This document shows positions 57,429-64,000 of a stretch of 64,000 bases of DNA, piece by piece (positions within the stretch are counted from its first letter, which is position 1; every line of letters begins with the position of its first letter). Below the pieces are notes generated by a model, which was given only the letters and a program-made list of their open reading frames with translations, did no database searches and was not told the DNA's origin. Source of the stretch: the human T2T-CHM13v2.0 reference genome, Homo sapiens; assembly GCF_009914755.1 (NCBI RefSeq), contig NC_060947.1, one strand, 5' to 3'. Position numbers and translations under genes: made by a program.

Positions 57429-60400
57429 GTAGAGGGTACTGTTTCCCTTCCTCCATTCTCCCAGAATAGAGCAATGGTACCTTAGAAACATTTTCTGAAA
57501 GAATGTGTTGACTCTAGCTTTCAAAGTCACATGGCCACTGGCACTATTTTCAACCCATTGGAATATGCTTAGTCTGACTCAGCAAGAGAAGCAGAAGATT
57601 AATCAGAACAGTAATCTGACTTTGCATACCAGAGAGGGACACTAGAAAGGTCTCAGGAAACTTAGCTGATTGTCACCTGCACCTTTGGAAAGGAGACATC
57701 AGAAATAGCCCTTCTTGAAGTGGAAGGAAACATGTCCCTGGACTTGTGAACACAGTTTGAAACTGTTAAGCAAAGTCATTTACATTTGAGGGCAAAACTT
57801 AATGTCTAGGCGAAAGGTGACCTCCAACTCCAATGAAGTTATCTAAAAGCCCAGCCCTCAAAATAACTCAGTCAGGCTCATAACACACAAGTAGAAAAAC
57901 TAAGAATAGAAACCAGAATTTCTTTCCCTTCCTTTCCCCTGTGTTCACCAATACACAGTCTCATGACAGCTGCTGATTGTCTGAAGCAAAAGGACACAGA
58001 CAAGCAGTACTTCTCTGAATGTTAAAAATGTGCAAACCTAAGTGAAGGAAGAAAGTGAAATTGGGGTTTTGGCCATGCTTAGAAATGATATCATTTGTTG
58101 TGTGCCTTGCTCCAAATCAAAATGGAAACTATTTCCTTTACTTTAGGGGGAAAACTGTAAAAATCAATGATTCCTTTTTCCAAATGCACCTTATTAGAGC
58201 TATTGACTTCTTCAAAACATAAGTGGAAGAAAAAAATGTGTCCGATGCATTTGGCAACCCAGATGTATTTTTCTTCTTTTGCCTCAAATTGCTCTGATCA
58301 CTTTACATGGTGAAGTATGGACACTAAGGGCCTATAGCAGGGTTACAATGAGTGACAAGAATGTTCACTAATTCCAGTGCCTTAGTGAGAGGGGATTTGG
58401 AGTTAATTTACAATTTACCCCAACTTCAAAAAAAGCTTGGACAAGAAGCAAAAAATGTTTTTGGAGGTGAGTTGCCCTCTTTCATCAAAAAGGATATTGT
58501 CAGTGCTAAAGCAAGCAAAAGAGGCTGGGGTTATCACGGGGAAAGATCTATCTGAAACCTTTCTAGTTGACTTGGATAGTGTCCCAGCCTTGTTCCTCAT
58601 TAGCTGTGTGACCTAAGATAAGTAGTTGAGTCAATGGCAAATCTTTGAATTTCTGTATTGGAGACTCTTCAAGGTGGAGTTCTGGTTAGGCCTTATTTGG
58701 AAACTGCTTAGCAAGCACACAGCTTTTTTCAGGCTTGATTTATACTGAGGGGGTAGATTCATGGAAATGAGTGAGTAGGCTAAAGCCCACTATGGCACCT
58801 CTTGGCATTGCCACTGCACTTACCCTCCCTTACCCTCAGTTCCATCTTTTATAAAATGGGAATTCATTCTTTCATTCAATATATATTTATGGGGCACTAC
58901 TGGGCACACACACTGTTCTCAGTGCTGGGGAGTAAGCAGTGAAAAAACAATAGCTACTGCACCCACCTCACAGGGCTGCTGTGGGGTTTAAATGAGATGG
59001 TGTGTGTTAAATCACCCTGGCACCCAGAAAGCTTTATGGAAATATAAAGTTTAAAGATATTCAGCTATCTCCTGCTTCTAGTCATGACAAATCTAAGGCC
59101 TCTCTGAATAAGGGAGTATTTGAAAAGTTGTATGGCAGGTAATTCTCACCACAAAAATCTCCTCTTCATGAGTCTAAACCAAGTGCTTGAGATTTCCACA
59201 GTTGGAGTCTTAACTTAAAGAACTTAATTTCTGTAGACCTGAGACTTGTGACTACATTAAAGAACTTCAGAATGGACCCACCCCAGCCACACCTTACCCC
59301 TCCCTTATAGTCCTACCCCACCCACCCTAGTAGGACATGCAAGCACATTGTCCTCTTCCAATCCCATCAAACATTAGAAGAGGCAAAGAAGAAAGGAGGA
59401 AAAGAGGGGGAGGTCAGGAGCTCTCCAGAGCTGTGGCATCATTGGCCTTCTTTCCTTCTAGCACCTTGCCTTGTAAGGATCACCTATGCATATCCTAGTA
59501 TTGGTCAATTCTGTGAGGCAACATTTGCTCCTGAATGTTAGAGAAGGCACACAAGGCACACAGGGGTCCTGTAAGTGTTCCGTTCAGGCAGATGGAGGCC
59601 CAAAGCCACCCTTTTGAATTTTTACCACCTAGACACCTGAGCCTTTAATAAAAGCAGAAATTACAGAGGACGCTAAATAATTCAGAAGAAAAAGCAGATT
59701 GTAGTTTATAATTATATTATCTTAAAGATACAATCTAAAGAAAAAATGGACCAAATTGTCAAGCAAGAAGTAGTCCACAATAAACTTAGAGACAGCAAAA
59801 TGAGTGAGGAAAAGTCATTTTTGTTTGAAACTCTTGCCATATTTCCCTTTCTTAGTGTCTCATACACAAGGCAGCCTTCTCCAGCCCTTGAAAGGCACCT
59901 TTTATAATGCCAAGAAGCCCACTCTCCTTTTTGGGGTACGAATCCCCTATTCAAATCAAAATGACCCCTTGCTCAGGGGTAACAGAAGCCATTATACTGT
60001 TAGTGAACACCTCTATGAGGACCATGACTGCTGATACCAGAAAAGGGGTACAAGTTATATCTCTGAGGGAGGCAGACAGTGAAACAGGGAGAAAGTGGTA
60101 GAAGATGAGCACCCCAAAGTCAAATCTAGCCCCTTTGACATGTATGTACAAGGCTAGTCCTGTACATACAATGATGGAAATGGACAACATAGGCATGGTG
60201 GCAACAGTGTTCAAAAAAATAATTACATGCATAAAGCTGGCCCATTTTCCTTTGAGGAACACTGGAATACAAAGTGCCTAAAAGTATCTTCCCCGACCTC
60301 TCCTTCATTACATGTTGGGGAATAGAGATGTTACAAACACCAATACTGTCTTTACAAATTATGTAATACTTTGTCTGCATTCTGACAGTAAATTAATAGC

Positions 60401-60519
60401 ATAAATGAATAGCATATTATGCTTCTGTTGATAAACATGCTTCCAATTTATTAGTCCATTTTGGTAATTCAGTTAATTCTGCACTATCAACATATGGGAA
60501 AGTGGATGTTGAACCCTGT

Positions 60520-61325
60520 CAAATTGAGGAATTGTGCTCATGTCAAGACCACGAGAAGAGATGGTTCCATTGTCCTTTATGTTAATGTCACTATATCAAG
60601 CATATTGTGCTCAATTTGGGAGGCCACATTTTAGGAGGGACTTTAAAAAAATGAAAAGGTATCTAGAAGATTGTGACCAGAAAAGGTGAGTTGAATGGAA
60701 TTTGTGTCATAAAAGTAACAAATGAAGGCCCTTAAAATGTTTAGCCTGCAAACAAGGCAATTAACAAGTGACACTGTGGCAGTAGATTCCAGGCTGTACA
60801 TCGTGTCGGGAAGAGAGCATACTGATTCTCTATTGCTACAAAGAGAAAAATTAGGACCAGTAGGTGACACTTCAATTTTAATATTCACTCATTCCACCGA
60901 CACATAGTGAGAGTTTACTGTGTGCCAGGCATCATGCTACACACCCGTGGTGCGGTGACAAAAAAAGACATGATCCCTACTCTCAAGGGGCTCAGATTTG
61001 GCTGGGGATAACCATTGCAAAGCAAAATAATCAGTACTCCCTACAATGGAGAAATGGAAACAGAGAGGACGTACTGCCCAATTCAAGCAGGAGACAGAAG
61101 TAGGATTGGAGAGGAGAGGCTTTCATTAAGAATATCAGCCAAACCAAAGGAACTTTCTATCAACTTGAATTGTCCCACCATGGAATAAGCTACTTCCTAT
61201 GCCTCCTCTGAGCTAGGGAGTGCCTCTTCACCAGAAGCATTTAAGCAAGAAGCTATCACTTCACCGGGTGAGAGGCTCAACAAAATGGTTTTTAAGGCGC
61301 CTTCTAGCTCTAAAATTCTGTTATT
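60520..61325 (+). mobile_element. CR1/L3 fragment apparently split by an antisense L2 piece (about 60880-61120)
   Basis: attgtgctcaatttgggaggccacattttaggagggac; atgtttagcctgca; later aaggaactttctatcaa...ccttctagctctaaaattctg. L2-like cattccaccgacacatagtgagagtttactgtgtgccaggca lies in between. Confidence 0.5.
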
Positions 61326-61779
61326 CTACTGACTCCAAGTGGATATACTATTGACCAAGTGGATATCCTATTTTATCTCACAGGAAAGCAGAAAATTTTA
61401 TTCACCAAGTTTCCCCAGTAGCAGTGTTCTGGTTAATGAGGATTTTAATGTATAAGCCTCAACTTAACTGCAAAACATAAATGTAAAAGGAAAAGTTGCC
61501 ATCCTGCCCATTCTCCTACACCAACAAAATTTTTAAAATCCAATTTCAAATGATAGTAATTTTTGTTGATGGCAGACCCTGGTCATTCACCAGGCATATG
61601 TCTGGAGATCCAAATATACAAATAATACTTAAGCATGTGATTTCTCCCATAAAATGAAGTAATGATTCCGTAAATATGGCACTGAAGTAATTTATAATAC
61701 CATTAAAATAAATTCTGTCAGTAAAACAAATTATACTTTCTTTATTATAAAGATATATAATGTTTTTCCCACTTCCTGT

Positions 61780-61972
61780 GTTTCAGGGATTCTTCTAAGT
61801 ATGTATTAACCCATTTAATTTCTCCCAATAAACCTTTGAAGTATACACTTAAAAAATCATCCCATTTTATGGGTGAGGAAATTGAGACACATAGATGCTA
61901 GATAATTTATGTACTTAGCAAGTGTGATTCAAACCCAAGCAGTCTGACTACATGTTCTTAAGCACTGCACTA
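61780..61972 (-). mobile_element. MIR
   Basis: catcccattttatgggtgaggaaattgagacacataga...ttcaaacccaagcagtctgac. Confidence 0.65.
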
Positions 61973-64000
61973 TATAGTTACTTTGAACTTACATAAAGAA
62001 TAGTTTTATCACTAGAGAGCTACTATATGCACAATGACTAGGAGTGAACAACACCGTTGCAAAGAGACACAAGGTCTAAGTGGTAGGCTTCTGTGTACCA
62101 GACTCACAGGGCCCAAGATTCAAATCTTCACATCAACAAAAAGACAGATTTCTTCATATATTTGACCTTCATGATGTATTACGAATAGTTAGAGCTACAA
62201 CTGTTGAATCCATTAATGCTAAGGCTCTACCATATCTGCTATTTGGGATTAATCTGTTCCTTCTCCATTTATGTATTTCTCCTTTGGATTTTGGTTGCTA
62301 ATTATCTAGCAGTGCTTGAGAATTTCTTATGGCCTTTCTTTATAACCATTGTTTGTTCCTTTTTAGGTACAAAATGGTGCTCTGTGGGATGAATGAAATG
62401 AATGGTGGTGGGTTGGAGAAAAATGAACTTGTTTTTACACATCCTGCCCATAAATTGTTTAACTTCTCCCAGATGACAGAGCTAAGATTCAGTCCCTTTT
62501 ATTGCCTTCTTTATTTCATCCAAAATAAGACAGAATGCAAAAAAAAAAAGGAAAGAAAAAAAGAGGAAATGCTAGTTTTCTTTCTTCTTTATGGTCTGAA
62601 TGTTATACTGACACTTAAATACTAGTTGGAAAGATAAACGTTTCAGCTTAATTTCTCCTACTTATGAGTCATTTCTTTTCCCCCTTCTAATCTTTTTGAG
62701 AATTCAGTCATCAAAAAGAGTCCAATCATTTCTGCCACTAACTGACTTGTCATTTAATGCATTCATGAATATCTGCCACATGTACACCATGTGCATTTAA
62801 AGGGCCTGCTTCAAGCACTGCTATTTATTCTCCTAGAAATGCATCATTACCTAAAGGAATAAACCTTTTAACCTGTATCAGCAATCAAAGAGCTCAAGTA
62901 AATGATGAAGTAAATGAGTCCAAATTATAGTGCACTTGGATCAGAATTCATGGACCCCTTTGCCCTTGGCTTATAAATTATCTTTGGAAGCAATGGCCTG
63001 TTTGCAAATAGTGTAAAAGACAAATATGTCTGAAGTCTCCCCTTCCTGGACCCCCACTTTGTATTCAGGTCTGGTTGGGCCAAGATGAAAAACACAAAAC
63101 AGCTCTTTATAAATGCACAAAAATGCATACCCACTACAGGGTTTTCTATAATGCCAAAAATAATGGAAATTATCTAAGAGCCCTTCAAAAGGGGTTGGGT
63201 AAATAAAACATAGTGTGTTCGTAGATTGAAGAGCTATGCAGCCATTATAAAGGAAATATGCTTATTCTAGTAAAAGTATAAAAAGGTGCAAGGGAATAGT
63301 AAAGGCTAAATTCAGTATCGTGGTTACTTTTGGCGAGTAGAGAAGAATATGTATTTAGGGAGGGGTAGATAAGCAGACTTTAACTAACTTCATAATGTTT
63401 AATTTGTTAAGCTTTATGGCAGGTACACAGGTGTTTTTACATTATTTTTATATCTTTCTGTGTATCGAATTATTGATTATTTTTTAATTCCTTGGGTAAC
63501 TAACTAGGAAATGTCTACTGAAATAAAGTCCTTGACAATGTATTTCATTACAATGCTTAAAAATTGTCTTATGTGTCAAAAGAGGATAATGTAATATGGA
63601 ATGAGCATAAATGACTATGGGTGAGATTTTAATCTTAGAAGGCCTTGATTGTTAGGGATTATTTGGGGGGAAGTTATTGATGTGGGCATCAAAGGCAGAC
63701 TAAGTAGCATTTAAAAAGAGGATTGAAAAGCATATATCCAAATTGGTTTAGCAAGGTACTCAGTGATTTTTAGAAAAATTTCAGCTCTAGAATTCTACAG
63801 TGCTATAAAGATAGTGCTGGTAGCCATTTTTACCTGAACTTCTGATATCTTTGACCAGCAATCTGGTCGTCACCATGGTCAAGCCTAAGCTTCAGTTATT
63901 AAGAAAACTTATCTTTAGTCTGTCATGTATAGAGTAATTTGCTGGCTGCCAAGAGGGCTAGCAAAATTAATAAGGTATGGACTTTGTCCTCAAGAAACAC

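Overview
This is primate (most likely human) genomic DNA, AT-rich and CpG-poor, with Alu and L1PA elements. It lies inside GRIA3, the X-linked gene for AMPA glutamate receptor subunit GluA3, on the + strand. Six consecutive coding exons can be read with canonical AG/GT borders: 1358-1525, 5712-5816, 6130-6237, 7427-7633, 20116-20492 and 30650-30848. They join into one continuous frame covering the end of the N-terminal domain, ligand-binding segment S1, M1, the M2 pore loop (genomic Q at the Q/R site), M3 (SYTANLAAF gate) and the start of S2. By the standard AMPA-receptor gene layout these are exons 7-12; this numbering is from recalled gene structure. Everything after 30848 is one long intron, and no next coding exon was seen. 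The introns hold Alu, L1, L2, MIR, CR1/L3, MaLR LTR and hAT fossils, several with readable target-site duplications and nesting. Almost all ORFs in the supplied track are non-coding or transposon-derived. No convincing new protein-coding system is visible. The best leads are: (1) an old, degenerate tandem array with apparent higher-order structure at about 45.8-47.3 kb; (2) a dense YCAY (NOVA-type) cluster lying between the weak donor of the pore-loop exon and a consensus-like cryptic donor placed just after an in-frame stop; (3) an in-frame 576-nt two-exon pore cassette bracketed by inverted L1 and Alu pairs, a candidate for circRNA or exon skipping.
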